64,000 nt of DNA from the NCBI RefSeq assembly GCF_009914755.1, contig NC_060944.1. One strand, written 5' to 3'. Within the stretch, counting starts at the first letter, position 1; every line of letters begins with the position of its first letter. Of this stretch, positions 14,473 through 27,640 are shown one piece after another. The notes beneath the pieces were generated by a model. The model was not told where the DNA came from, made no database searches, and was given only the letters and a program-made list of their open reading frames with translations. Both the position numbers and the translations under genes were made by a program. Origin of the DNA: the human T2T-CHM13v2.0 reference genome, Homo sapiens.

Positions 14473-16374
14473 GACAAAAGCAGAAAGGGGAGCGCTGAAA
14501 TGGAGGGGAACCCCCTCCACATTGTTCTGTAGCTATTTGGGTTGGTTGCAACCCACAACAAGAGGAAAATGAAAGTCCTGTCTGGGTCTGGGATGCCTCT
14601 ATTCAGTGGTTTGAGGAGAAAGCAGCGTTTACCGACCCTGCCACTGAACTGGGAGGGAGAGGGGGTAGTTAAGCCATTGGTCTGGAAAAGCTCTCTGGAA
14701 AAGGTGATCACAGACTATTAACCTGGCAGTAGATTGGCAGCGCATGTTCCACCCACCAGCTAAAGTGCCAGAGCTACATTAAGACCCACAATACTTTCCA
14801 CTGGCTAAAGTAGATAGTATTCCAACTGGAACAGGGGAGAATCTAAGCTTAGAAACAATAACAGCTAAAAACAATAAATTGAAACCAGAATAAATAAGAC
14901 ATCCTCAACAGATTGAGATCTGATGTTGGAGCCTCAATGCCCCTGCCTGCCGAGGACTCCTGCCTCCTCAATGAGGCAGGCAGAGCTGAGCTTTCCCAGG
15001 AGTCTTAGAGTTTGCACAGACATAAGGACAGAAAAGGAAAGGAATTACCACCCTTAGGAGTGATCTACAAATAGCATCCCAGGATAAGGACAGGGCAGGC
15101 TCTTCTCTTTAGCATCTAGAGTCCATAGGAACAGTAAAAAGTTTAAATCGTGGATGCCATTTGTTTTTCTAGACAAAGCCTTCTGCTTTCATCCCAGGAT
15201 TTCAAAGCCCCTCACAGCCATTAATTCGTCGTAAGCAATTCAGGCCTGTCAACGTTTCACACCTAATCAAGAGCTGATATCTGTCACCCCAAGGGATCTA
15301 ACCAATAATTCCTCTGCACGCTCTCCTTTCCTATACCCTTCTCCCAAGTCAGTTATTTTTTTATTTTATATATATGCATATTTTAAACTTCAAGATCCCC
15401 TCCCCCTTCTTTTTTTGTGTGTATGTTTTTTTTTGTTTTTGCTCTTGCAGTATCTGACTCCCTTTCCCTTTTCTTACCCTTCCTTTTCTGCCTCTTCTCC
15501 CAAGGTTTCTTTGTTTGCCTTCTTATTTTCCCTGGATGGAGTTGGGAGGAATCTGTAAACCAAGGGGCTTGAGACCGACATACGGAAGTCCATGAGTCCC
15601 AGGCTTTCACAGAGAAAGCCCCAAATGAAGATGGGTTCCTGGCCATGAATTTCTATTTCTCATGGGACATGATTATCCGTGACTAATTTGTCTCCCTGGG
15701 CAGACAAAACCACTGCCAATGTACCAGCTTTAGTAAAGCTGTTCAGGGCTGTGATTTCCAAGGAAAGTAAAAAAATCCAGCTCTATGTTTTCAACAGGCT
15801 CAAGACTTCCTCATGCCCTCAGTAAAGACAAAACCTGATTCCATTGCAATAAATCACTTAGAGCAGGAATGATAAGCCTGCTGCACAGGTCTATCACTCT
15901 CATCTCCATGCCCGTGCAGACATCACTAATCAAGCATAGCACTTTCCCCCACCCCCATCCCATATCCACCTCCCTGCCACAGCTATCTCAGACCCTGAAT
16001 TCCTCTCAAGAGGAAATGTGAAAACTCCTTGCCATCTCTGATGCAGGGCCTTTCCTACCTTGCTACTCACCACATCCACAGTCCATCTTTCTTATTTTGT
16101 TTGTAAATTTTAAGCTTAATTATTTTGGACTTTTTACTATATGTAATATATTTAATATAATGTTTAATGTAAAATACTAATATACTAATATTTTATGTTC
16201 TTAAGCGTAATCATAAAACTAATATCTATTAACTTACTAACCTAAAATAAGAACTAGAATATTACTAATAATCTGCATTTATTGAAAGATTTGTCTCCAC
16301 CCACACCACTGCCTTCCATCCATGAATTAACACCTATCCTGAATTTTGTGTTTAACATACCCATGCTGGCTGGC

Positions 16375-16377
<3 letters not shown>

Positions 16378-16455
<78 letters not shown>
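16378..16455. repeat. Compound (TG)n(TA)n microsatellite
   Basis: About 21 TG followed by about 18 TA units. Confidence 0.97.
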
Positions 16456-16460
<5 letters not shown>

Positions 16461-17323
16461 GGTATACACCACAGGCAGGCACATAGGTATACCAGAGGTA
16501 TCCATAGGTATACAAGCATACAAATATACAATTTTAGCACATATGTACACATGTACTTGTGCATATAATTTTACCACATAAGTATATATGTTTGAGACTA
16601 TATACTTATTCTCAAACAATATATATTTTAGTTTTGCTTATTTCTGAACTTTCAGAAGTAATACATATTATCTTGCACATAGCAATGCTGTATATATTTT
16701 CACTGATATAAAGTATTACATTACAAATATGCAACCCAATTTTGTTCCAGGTATTATTCATATGATCAGGCTTTTTCCAATCAGATTAACTGTGAAAATT
16801 CTCAAATATTTTCATGGTTCAACTGTACAAGGTGATTTCTAACATGCATACTTCAGAGTAGAATTGTTATATGCTAGAATTTGTGAATGCTCAAACTTAC
16901 CAGATAATGCCAATTCATTTACCAGAATAATTGTGTATATTTACACCCTCATCAACGGTTTTAGGGGATTTCCTGTCAGTGCCTTTCTCTCAAATACTTT
17001 TGATTTTTATACATTTTCCACCCCACCTCAATCTAGAGGATGTAAAATTGTATCTCCTTGTGGTCTTTACTTGCATTCCCTAGATTAACAATTAGACTGG
17101 ACACAATTTTATTGATTTATGGATCATTTGTGTTTCTTCTGTCGAGTGTCTGTTCAGGAGCTTTTTCTTCCCCCCTTCTCTTTTTGTTATTAATGTCATG
17201 AGTTGAGATCTGTTTGTTTATTTAATATATCCTGGATTTTAACTTTTTGTTAGATAGCAAATCTTAAAGATTGTGTCCTGTATTTTCACTTTCTTTATGG
17301 ATCCTGTTAATGAAAGTTCCTGA

Positions 17324-17612
<289 letters not shown>

Positions 17613-18975
17613 TTCATCACTATTTTACTAATGTATATGGTGCTTTTGAAATATAAGTATTAATCTTTTGTTAAAGATAAAATATCCCAAGTATGTGACA
17701 TATTTTCATATGTCTGTTAATAAACATAATTTTTTTCTTACTGTTCTATTTTTGTTTAAGAAATTATTTTCTACACAATGGTAAACTAAAGCAAAGTGAT
17801 GTTGTCACTTCTGGAAGGAAGAACATAATAATTGCCAGTGTTGAGCTCTTCAGCCTTGTTTTTCTGCTGCATGGAGAACCCTGAAGGCTTATGTCGAGAT
17901 GTTAGTGTCAAAAAAAAGTTAAATCTTCCGTCAACCTGTGACCCTGAGTGACATCTACAAAGAATAGAATCCAATCCACTTCCCACCAACTCAGGTTGGA
18001 CATATAGTCTGAGTAAGACTTTGTTATTTTATGCCACTAAGATGTGAGGGTTGTTTCCTAATCATAACCTATCCTATCCTGACAGGTATAGTAATTGTCT
18101 CAGCACACTGACTGAATTACTCTTCTGTTTCTCAAGGGTACAGGATACTTCCTTTCTCACAAATCAACTTTCTATATGTGTGTGGGTCTGTTTCTGGAAT
18201 CTTGTTTTGTTCGACCAGCCAAATTGTCTGTCCCTGAACAAATATTATACTACCTTAATTACTATGGTTTCATATTTGTATTTGAAAAAGCAAACCTTCC
18301 TATCTTATTCTTCTTCAAGAATTTGCCGTGCTTTGACCCTTTGCTCTTCAAAATAAATCTTGTAGTTTGCCAAATTACATGACAAACCCCATTAGATTTA
18401 ATGAGAATATTTATAGATTTACTTTGAGTAAAACTGATATTTCTGACACTGGCTCTTCCAATCTAGAAACATAGCATGACTCTCTATCTTGTTTATTTTT
18501 AGTTATTTCAATAAACTCCTATACTTTTCCAGACATAGTATACACATTTGTTTTATTTATTTCTATGTGACATATTTTGAGTTGACTTCTAATTTTAATT
18601 GTGAATGACAGTTTTAAAACTTACATATTCCAATGGTTTCTTGTTGATGTATAGAGAAGCAAACAATTTTTATTTTTTATTTTAAAGCCAACTAACTTTT
18701 TATCGACTCTCGTATTAATTCTAACAATTTGTGGATTCTTTTGATTTTCTAAGTAAACAATGATATCATCTGCAGGTGATGCTAGCTTGGTACCTTCCTT
18801 TTGAGTTTTTTTGTCTTAATTTCTCTTCCTTGTCTTACTGCCCTGGCTAGGACCCTGGAGCCATGTTGAATATAAACTTCATGTTTATATTCCTTGTCTT
18901 ACTGCCCTGGCTTGGACCCTGGAGCCATGCTGAATATAAACATTGAACTTCTCATCTTTTTCTAGTCCAAAGGAA

Positions 18976-19680
18976 ATGATTGTCACACTTGACCATTAAG
19001 AAAGTTACTTCAACTAACAAAAGAAAACCCAAGGATGGAAGTAGAACAGTTCTATTGTTCAATCTGGAATAAAGTAATGAATAAAGGCATTGGACATCTG
19101 TGACCTTTAACATCACAATAAAGAGAGAACAGACATTATGTGACTCCCGGTAAAAAAAATATAACCCCCTAGAATCTGTCCTGCCAAAGAGATTGGACTT
19201 AAATCTCTGTATCCAGCTGCCAATATACAGGAAATGCAAAAGATAAGGAAAATGTTGAGCTACACCATGAGGATGCACTCAGCAAAATCCAGGCTATGAA
19301 GGAGTCTATAGGTTAAATGCCCTGGGTTCTTCCACAAATAAGTTATAAAGAAAGGAAAAGATGCAGGAGGACCTAGAGATTTTAAAAAGTTAAATGATAT
19401 ATGTTTTCTTTAAACCAAAGTGTCCAGGATGAGATAACTGTAACAAGAAGTAAAGATGTAAATAGTGATAAAAATTACGATGAGGTTTATCATTGAGAGG
19501 AGAGCAAGGGTTGTTATAGAAACAGGGCACATGGTGGGTCTTCCATGATGGCTAGCAAAGTTCTCTTTCTTGAACTAGGGGTGGCGATTGATTACAAGGA
19601 AGTTTGCCTCATTAAAAAAGATCATTAAGCTATACATCTTGGGTGGTTTTCAGTATTTTTATTTTATTCTAAAATAAAGG
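18976..19680 (+). mobile_element. L1MC/ME-type 3' UTR fragment nested in opposite orientation
   Basis: aacagacattatgtgactcc...cagcaaaatccag...ttcttccacaaataa...gttctctttcttgaactagggg; A-rich in contrast to T-rich flanks. Confidence 0.6.
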
Positions 19681-22030
19681 TGAGGAAGTTCTATCCCTAT
19701 TTATAAAGATTTTTTTTAAATGAAGGATCCACATTTAATTTTTTCATATGTTCTTTGTGTATCTTTTGAAATGGCCATATGACATGTTATTTCTTCTTAC
19801 ATGTACTGATGGTACATGTAAGTACAGGGTACTGATGGTACATGTAAGTACATGGTACTGATCCATGTACTTACATGGATTACATGTACTGATATGCTAA
19901 CATGTTAAACCATTTTACATTCCTAGAATAAGAAAACAGCCATTTTTTTCTATGAACTACAATATTTAACCACTGCTAGATTCTGTTTGCTAAAATCTGC
20001 ATTCTTGTGCATGAATGAGGTTATCATCTACTGGCTTTAGTATAAAGGTAATATCAGCTTTAAAAAATGAACTAAGAAATCCTCCTCTGTTTCTCTCTAA
20101 GACTTTGCATAAGATTGGAATTATCTGTTCCTTGAAAGATCGGTGAATATCACCTCTAAAATCATCAGAGTCAGGTATTTTCATCATGAAAAGATTTTTA
20201 ACTTCTCTTCAATTACTTTAATAGTCTTATGTTAATAGTTATGGTCTAATTAAAGATTTCTTATGTCTTCTTAAGTCAATTTTGTTGTTATATTTTCCTA
20301 GGAATTTGTCTTTTTTATGTTTTTTGGTGTATTGGCATGAAGCTACTTACAGTATTTTATTACATCTCTTTAATCTCTTCTGCATCTATAGCGTTCTCCC
20401 CTCTACTATTTAATAATAGTGTCAATTTGTGTTTTATCTCTCTTTTTCTTTTTCTTTACCAGAAATTTGAATTCTTATTAGCTTTGTCATATAGCAAACC
20501 TTTGGTTTTTTTATATTCTCAGTTCTGTATTTGTTTTCAGTTTCATTTATTTCTTCTGTATGTTCATCTTCCTTCTGCTTCATTTAATTTGACTCTATTG
20601 TTTCTTTTCTAACTTCTTGAGCTAAATATTTAGGTTATTTATGTTAAATTTTTCTCATAAAAAATGTAATCCTAGCAAATGTTGCTACATCTCACAATTT
20701 TGATATTTAGTATTCTAAGTAGTTTTATATATTTAAAATAATTTTCTTACTGATACATACATTAATAAGTGTGTGTTTTATTATATCTTATTATCACCTT
20801 TTAATGTGATTCTGTTTTGTCTAGAAAAGTTATGTTTGATATCAATTTTTTGAAATGTTTTAGAATTGTCGTATGGTATAATACCTTTTAATAAATATTT
20901 CCTGGGGGCTTGAGAAAAATTCTTATTCCCTAGTTAGCTGTGAACATTAACAGAAGTTTATTGTCCTAATTGTTTTAATTCTATATTTTTATTAAGACTT
21001 TTGTTCATTTTACCTATCAAAAATTGAATTGAAATCTTCCACTACAGTGATTGATTTGACCATTTCTTTATCAAATCTCATCAATTTTGTTGCATATATT
21101 TGGGGATCTTTTATTATGTGTGCACTAGTTTAGAATTATTATACTTACTAGTGATTTGAATCATTTCTAATTATAGTATAAACTTCTCTATTTTTCATAA
21201 TATGTTTTGTCTTAAACTCTATTTTATCTTATATTAATATAAGTACTCTAGGGTTTTTTTTAGTGGGGGTCAGTCTACTTTACGTGAAACAATTATGTGT
21301 CCTCCAGTTTCAGTTGTGTCTCTTGGAAGTAGTACATAATTGGAGTTTTTCTTAAAAATCCAATCTTAAAATGTCAATTTTAACAGAAATGCTTATATAT
21401 TTAGTTTATTGAAATTCTTGTCATATTTGAACTTTTTCTGCCAGTTTGATTCTTCCTGATTCACTTTTTCTATTTTTCTATTTTCCTTTGATGTTTCATC
21501 TTTTTCATTGTATTGGCTTTTATGTCTTTTGCATTTTACTGTATTTTTTTTCTTCCTTCTATGTTTTAGCTACTGGTTTAGAATTTATGAACATTATCTC
21601 TAGGGCTTCAATGGTTACCCTTGAGGTTTTACATTTCAAATATATATAAATTATATTTAGTTAGATATATTTAACTATATAAATATTAAAGATAATCAAT
21701 ACGTTAAATCCTGTAACTAATAAAAGAATATTAAAACTCTTACAGTTCAGCTGTAGTTCTTTCAGATTAAATGCTCTTCTTACCCACTGTTTAAACCTTG
21801 TCTTTTTAAACCTCCAAATTGAACATTATTTTATAATTATTGTATGGGAATAATCATATTTGCATGCATATATTTTATTGGTTTATACTGACATGCATAT
21901 TTACAATTTTATTTGTTCAGTATTGCTTCTTACTTCACAGACTATCTTCTGGAATATATTTTTTTCTAAAGTACATTCTTTATCAGTCTCCTTATTGATA
22001 GCCTATCAGCACTAACCTTCCTCTGCAGTG
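19681..22030 (-). mobile_element. Old L1M ORF2 remnant, antisense
   Basis: ORF 19990-20187(-) PDSDDFRGDIHRSFKEQIIPIL...SFFKADITFILKP resembles L1 ORF2 [22 protein letters not shown]...SFYEASITLIPKP. Confidence 0.85.
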
Positions 22031-22249
22031 TTTAATGTGTGTGCTTGTTCTTAAAAGTGCCTTTATTTCATATTCATTAGTGGCTGGTGAAAATGCTCAC
22101 ACATGATCAAATTCTAAAGGCAAAAATCAAGGCAGAGCTTGATATTTAAACAAGATAATAGGTACAATAAAAATAATGCAATTTTAAATATGAAGGCAGA
22201 GGTATGGTTTAAGTTCTTCTTTTGGCCTTGGATAAATTATTCAGTAATA

Positions 22250-23200
22250 TTCATTAATTTATGTGTGAAATAAACATATGGTGTGTATCTGCTAATTGCT
22301 TGGCTCTGTCCTAGGTGTTCACAATTAAAAACATAAGGCATGGTTTCTGGCTACAATGAGCTCAGTCTATAAGGAGATTCAGACACATTAATCAGAAAGT
22401 TAAAAGATGATTTTGTAACGGGGATATCTATTTATAGTATCTTAAGAAAACGTCCATGGGAACATCTACCTGGGTTTGGGATGGGGAAGGTTGGTGAGGG
22501 TTGGCTTCCTGGAGGTCATGTGAGTAGAAGAGGAAAACGTATGCCTAAAGAGGAAGAACAGAGAGAAGAAAAAGAAAAAAGGAAGAAAAGAGAAAGGCCC
22601 AGTAACAAAAATCTGAATGCCATGTATAGTTAATTAATAACATGAAGGTGGGGCATACATTTGAGGTCATAAGATGTTAGAGGTTTAAGCACGGGCCAGG
22701 TCATGAAGGGTCATAAATGCTTTGCCAAATGTTTTGGACTTTATCTCATAGGTCATGAAAACTCAGTAAGGAGATGAAATGATAATGACAAGGTCATATT
22801 TATGTTTCAGATTGTTGACTCCAGTGAGAGTGAAGAGGCCGGATGGGGGTTGGAGAGGCAGAGCTGGTGTCCCATCTGGCTCTGAACCATTTTATAGTCC
22901 AGGCAAGAGCTGATGAAGACTAAATGAATCAGTGATGTTATTGATGGACAGGAAGAGTATAAGAAACAAACTCTGCAGATGTTTTTTTTTTTCAGCCATA
23001 CTCATCACATAAGTGGTGAGTAAAGGAGAGAAGAAGCAAAAAATAATTCATTGATTTCTAGCTCTGGTATTGGATAGATGGTATGGCCACTACCCCATCA
23101 ACAAAAAGAATTTAAGAGGAAATGCAGTTTTAAAGAAAAAAAAAGTTGAATTTATTTTAGAATATTTTGGATTTTAGATGCCAATGGTCATTAAAGTTGA
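22250..23200 (-). mobile_element. L2 remnant
   Basis: gggccaggtcatgaagggtc...ttttggactttatc...agtccaggcaagagctgatg are antisense L2 motifs. Confidence 0.7.
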
Positions 23201-23459
23201 AGTCATTGAATCTGAAATGCCTATCTTCAAGCTTTAGCTTTCTAACACAGGAAGGCATTTATATAAGCCAACCCTAGGGCACAGCTATAGCATATAATTC
23301 CAATAGAATATTGGGGTTCTAAATTTTTGGTATAATATACCTCATAACAGGCTCTAGAGTATCCAAAGCCAAGCCTCTCTGAACTCTGAATCCACAGGGT
23401 AAGGAGGGAAGCATCATGCTGGCCAACACACATGCAGTATTTTCTTTCTCTCATAGTCT

Positions 23460-24350
23460 CTGGTCTCTAAAAATTGAAGCTCATTTGGCTTAGATGGCCT
23501 AGTTTAAGGTCATTTCCTTTACCTACACCAGAGTCTAAGGTGGCACATGCTTTATCAGGTGTTTGTGTAGGCAGGGACTTTACCTGTGACCAGTATAATC
23601 AGGCTTCATAATGTGTCTTTACCTATTTGCTTAGGAATTATGTGTGGCCCACAAAACATGGCCCAGGAATTATTTTATATTCCTACTTTGACATTCTCTG
23701 CAACGACTATCAACCCTTGTCACCAGAACAACTCAAGCCGTTCTCTCTAAGACCTGAAACATACTCTGTAAATCAATCCTACTCATTCATACACTGGGAG
23801 CTACCCAGACCCCTCTTAGTTATATTGGCTGTATGCTTATCAGAATTTACCTGAAAGTTTCTCCATGCAAAATTTCTCCCCATAGAGTTATCCAAGACCA
23901 AATGATATGGGTTCTATATTTCCTCTGGAGCTGGAATCTGAGTGAATTATCCTTAGATCTTCACTGTCATTCGAGCATCACCTCTGAAAAAAATCTCTAC
24001 GTTTCCAAGGTCGCCCCTGGAAATGTTTTTCTAGAAGAACCAGATATATGACTCTTCCACCTTTTATCTTTTAGAAACCAGAGCAATACAATAGGAATGG
24101 TAATTTTGATGCCCTAACCAAAGTTTTATCAGACTGGCATCCAATCAAGGATTTAACCACTTAAATATTGTGCTTTGATAAAAGTTCTACTGAGAATTTG
24201 TGATTATTGGAGTTCTTTTACAGGGTACTTCATAAGCCATTACATAAGACACTAATTATCCAATATTTCTACCAGCAGGTGATCTTGTACTAATTAAATT
24301 AACATTGAAAACTGCTAACATCATTGATTAAGGGTCCAAATTGTTACTGT
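23460..24350 (+). mobile_element. Possible ancient ERV pol (integrase) remnant
   Basis: Colinear frameshifted peptides LVILAVCLS..ESFPC, ISSG.G, LHCHSS, PAGDLVLIK, KGP; read by eye only. Confidence 0.4.
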
Positions 24351-24536
24351 ATATCAGTAACAATTAGGACAACTTCATTTTGGGCAAAAATCAAATCTGC
24401 CTTTCCCTTTATCACAGGAGATTAATTATCATCTTTTCCTAAGAAACCAGGCTCTCACCTAACAATAAAGGCTCTTGTGATTTGTCTACATTTTGGCCTC
24501 TAATTATGAAGTTTGAGGATGGCAGTCATCAGGTTC

Positions 24537-24790
24537 ATGGAGTGGTTAATATCAAGAAATCTGACTTCAGATTTGGTTGAACATATTCAAATCTCAGCCC
24601 TGCCACATAGCAGATATATACTCCTAAGCCAAGCATGATCTTCCATTGGGCTCAGTTTCTTTTTCCATTGTACAGTAATAAAAATAGTCCCTACCTTAAA
24701 GGGCTGTGATGATCCCTAACTGAGGACAGCCTTGTAAAAGAGTTAATTATCAGCCTGACACATGAAAAGGGCTAAGTAAATGGTGGTTAT
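24537..24790 (+). mobile_element. MIR
   Basis: atggagtggttaa...ttcaaatctcagccctgccac...gctcagtttc. Confidence 0.75.
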
Positions 24791-25259
24791 TGCCATTATC
24801 AGTTGTGTTTCTCATTCTCTTGTGCTAATGATTTAATACACTTCCAATATCTCTTCCAAAAACCTTAAAGTTGGAAGGGGATGTTGAGAAGATCACCTTA
24901 ACGAATCTTTAACTTTACTGAGAAGCAAAAGTGCTGACTTAATAGGATCCAAGGGAGACTCCAGTGGCTGGTCATTATACCTGGCTATTTCCCTTTTTGT
25001 AAAAGTCATTTGAAAAACATTGAATAACAAATAACCATGAAGACTTTATGATCAAAGATTCCCAGAACTACTGTGAAAAGGGGAAAAACCATGGAAGTCC
25101 ATATTTCCAGCCCAGCCACACTGTGGACAGTCCTCACCTTCCTTTAGAACTTTTGCTCCCAAATACAGAGAACACCTGTGGGTGATTTGGAGCCATTGTT
25201 TTTGAGAATTATTCTCATAACATCAATTTTAAAATATATATGTTTAATCTATCACTCTC

Positions 25260-25490
25260 TTTGTGCCAGCCATCATGCTAAACTTATCTGCATTATCACA
25301 TTCTGTCTTCATTTGAAGGAGGTATTACCATTACCTCCAAGGAAGTATAATTATTCCCATTCTATAGGTTAATAAACTGGACTCAAAGAGGGTAATTGAC
25401 TTTTCCAAGGTCACCCAGCTAGTACATGATCAAGGTGGAACTTGAATCCACATTGTTCGCATTCCAGAACCCACAGCCTTAACTACCATG
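25260..25490 (-). mobile_element. MIR
   Basis: attattcccattctatagg...gacttttccaaggtcacccagctagt...cttgaatcc. Confidence 0.8.
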
Positions 25491-26939
25491 CACACCACCT
25501 CCATGGGTGAAGACCCTCTTCTTTCCTGTGGGCATCCTTGGGAGACAGAACACCCAGGAGCTCCTGAGTACCATTTTTATTTTGGACTCTCTGATGCCCA
25601 GGATTTTTGGTGGCAATTCGGCCACCTTTGGATAAGTTTGACATCTTCATAAAATTCCCATTAGCCCTACTGCAAAACAGTGTAAATGAGCCATCATCCA
25701 AATTCCCAAATCTATCCCTGGCCTTCACTCCTTACAATTTGACTGACAAGGTAGCCAGTAATACTATGTACCCAGAAGTTTGCAAATTAATGTCTTCTTC
25801 TGGCCCTCCCTCATTCTGTCAGAGACCCTCTCTCCCAAGCCCCAATTACCAAACTTCATCTGAAGCCTCATTTTCAATTCTCTTTTCACTAGAAGTTCCA
25901 AGTGTCTCCTAACCCAGCCTTTTCAAAACTGACCTACCCTCTGTAATCCCCAAATCTCCCTTTTCTCTCCACTCTGCCTCAAACCCTTCGCAGGGCCCAC
26001 CTTCCTCAGATCCTCTTTTTCAGTACCCACATTCTACACTTGCATTGCAGCTCAGCCTCTCCTTCTGTGCCTCCCCGTCCACCCCCTTACACGCTCAGGC
26101 CCTATAACTAAGCACTCCATCTAATGGACCTTCTTACTTAGCCTCAATGTTTGCTTTCCGATACATTGGATTTATAGAGTGTTTGCCTGAATTAAAATGC
26201 GAAATTTTAGAGCAAACCAGGCTTCTCAGCTGCTAAGCTCCATCATGTACTTTAAATAAGGAGGAGGGGGAGTGTGTGTGGAGGGGTGCCTGATGCATTG
26301 ACCTACCCCTGAATTACCATCTCGACCCAGGCTGCTCACCTTCCAACCCAGCTGGTGCCTACCTGGCCCTACTCACCTCCCCCAGCTAAATTAACAAAGC
26401 AGTTACTGCTCATCCGCAGAGCTCCCTCTAATCAACTCCCAGTGAAATAATATTTGCTTTCCATGCCTACTTTGAATCCCACTCACTTTGTTAAAAGATT
26501 GCCTCTGGCTGTCTCTGCTGGCCTAATCTAATAGTTTCTAGTTTGTACAAGCAAAGCGTTTTCAGCCACCTATATAAATAACTTAAGCAGGAGAGGACAC
26601 TTGTACAGCCCCAGTGCAGGGCTATAGGACATGACAGATCCCACAATGACTCCTTGGCCAATCTCCTGGGGGAGCACCACCCGCTGAGTGGGAGCAATTA
26701 CTGTACTCCATGAGGCTGACAGGACAGTCTGTCTGTCTATAGAAAGTCTGATGGGGGAAAACTATTCCCGTCTGTTTTCTCCAGTGCAGGTGACCATCCT
26801 AAGTGCCTCGGCCCCCTCTATACCCCTCCATACTGCCTGATCCATGGTCTCAGAGGGAGCCTGTTCAAAGTAGAAAAAGCGGAGAGGAACTAAATCAATC
26901 TATTAGTTTTCCTCTAAAAATTGTAATGCAATCAACTTT

Positions 26940-27640
26940 GCTTTTAAAAAATTGTGGTAAAATATACATAAAAGATTACCATAAAAGCTTACCATCTTAG
27001 CCCTTTTTAAGTGCACAATTCAGTAATGTTAAGTATATTCATAATGTTGTTCAGTCTCGCTCCAGAACATTTTTCCTCTTGCAAAACTGAAACTTTGTAC
27101 CTGTTAAAATGACAGTTTCCCATTTTCCTCTCCCCCCAGCCCCTGAGAACCCCCATTTCACTTTCTGTCTCTATAAATTTAACTATTCTATGACTGCATA
27201 TAATAAGTCACACAGTCTTTGTCATTCTGTGACTGGCTAATTTCACTTAGCATAATGTCCTCCAGGGTCATCCATTTTGTCACAAATGGGGGATTTCCTT
27301 TCATTTTTCAGTTGAATAATATGCCACTGCATGTGTAGACCAATTTGAGCTTCTCATTCATCTGTTGATGGACACATGAGTTGCTTCTACCTTTTAGCTA
27401 TTGTGAGTAATGCTGCTATGAACATGTGAACATGGCTGAACACATACATCTTTGAGACTCTGTTTTCAAATCTTTTGGATATATACCCAGAATTGAAATT
27501 TCTGAATCATATGGTAATTCTATTTTTAATTGTTTGAGGAACCACTGTATGGTTTTTCCATAGCAGCTGCACAATTTTACATTCCTACCAACAGTGCAAA
27601 TGGGTTCCAGTTTCTCCACATTTTCTCCAACATTTGTTAT
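26940..27640 (-). mobile_element. L1MB-type 3' end (ORF2 C-terminus plus 3'UTR)
   Basis: ORF 27416-27619(-) EKLEP..TVGRNVK...[21 protein letters not shown] is the L1 ORF2 C-terminus; 3' end ttgtggtaaaatatacataa. Confidence 0.92.

Noticed and set aside
16254-16619. YIYI/THTH/VCVC repeat ORFs
   Set aside because: Translations of dinucleotide microsatellites.
23520-23760. Gypsy GPY/F-like motifs on the minus strand (SGDK..FCGPHII..TPDK..CH)
   Set aside because: Needs several frameshifts and has wrong spacing. The plus-strand ERV reading is colinear over a longer span, and both cannot be true.
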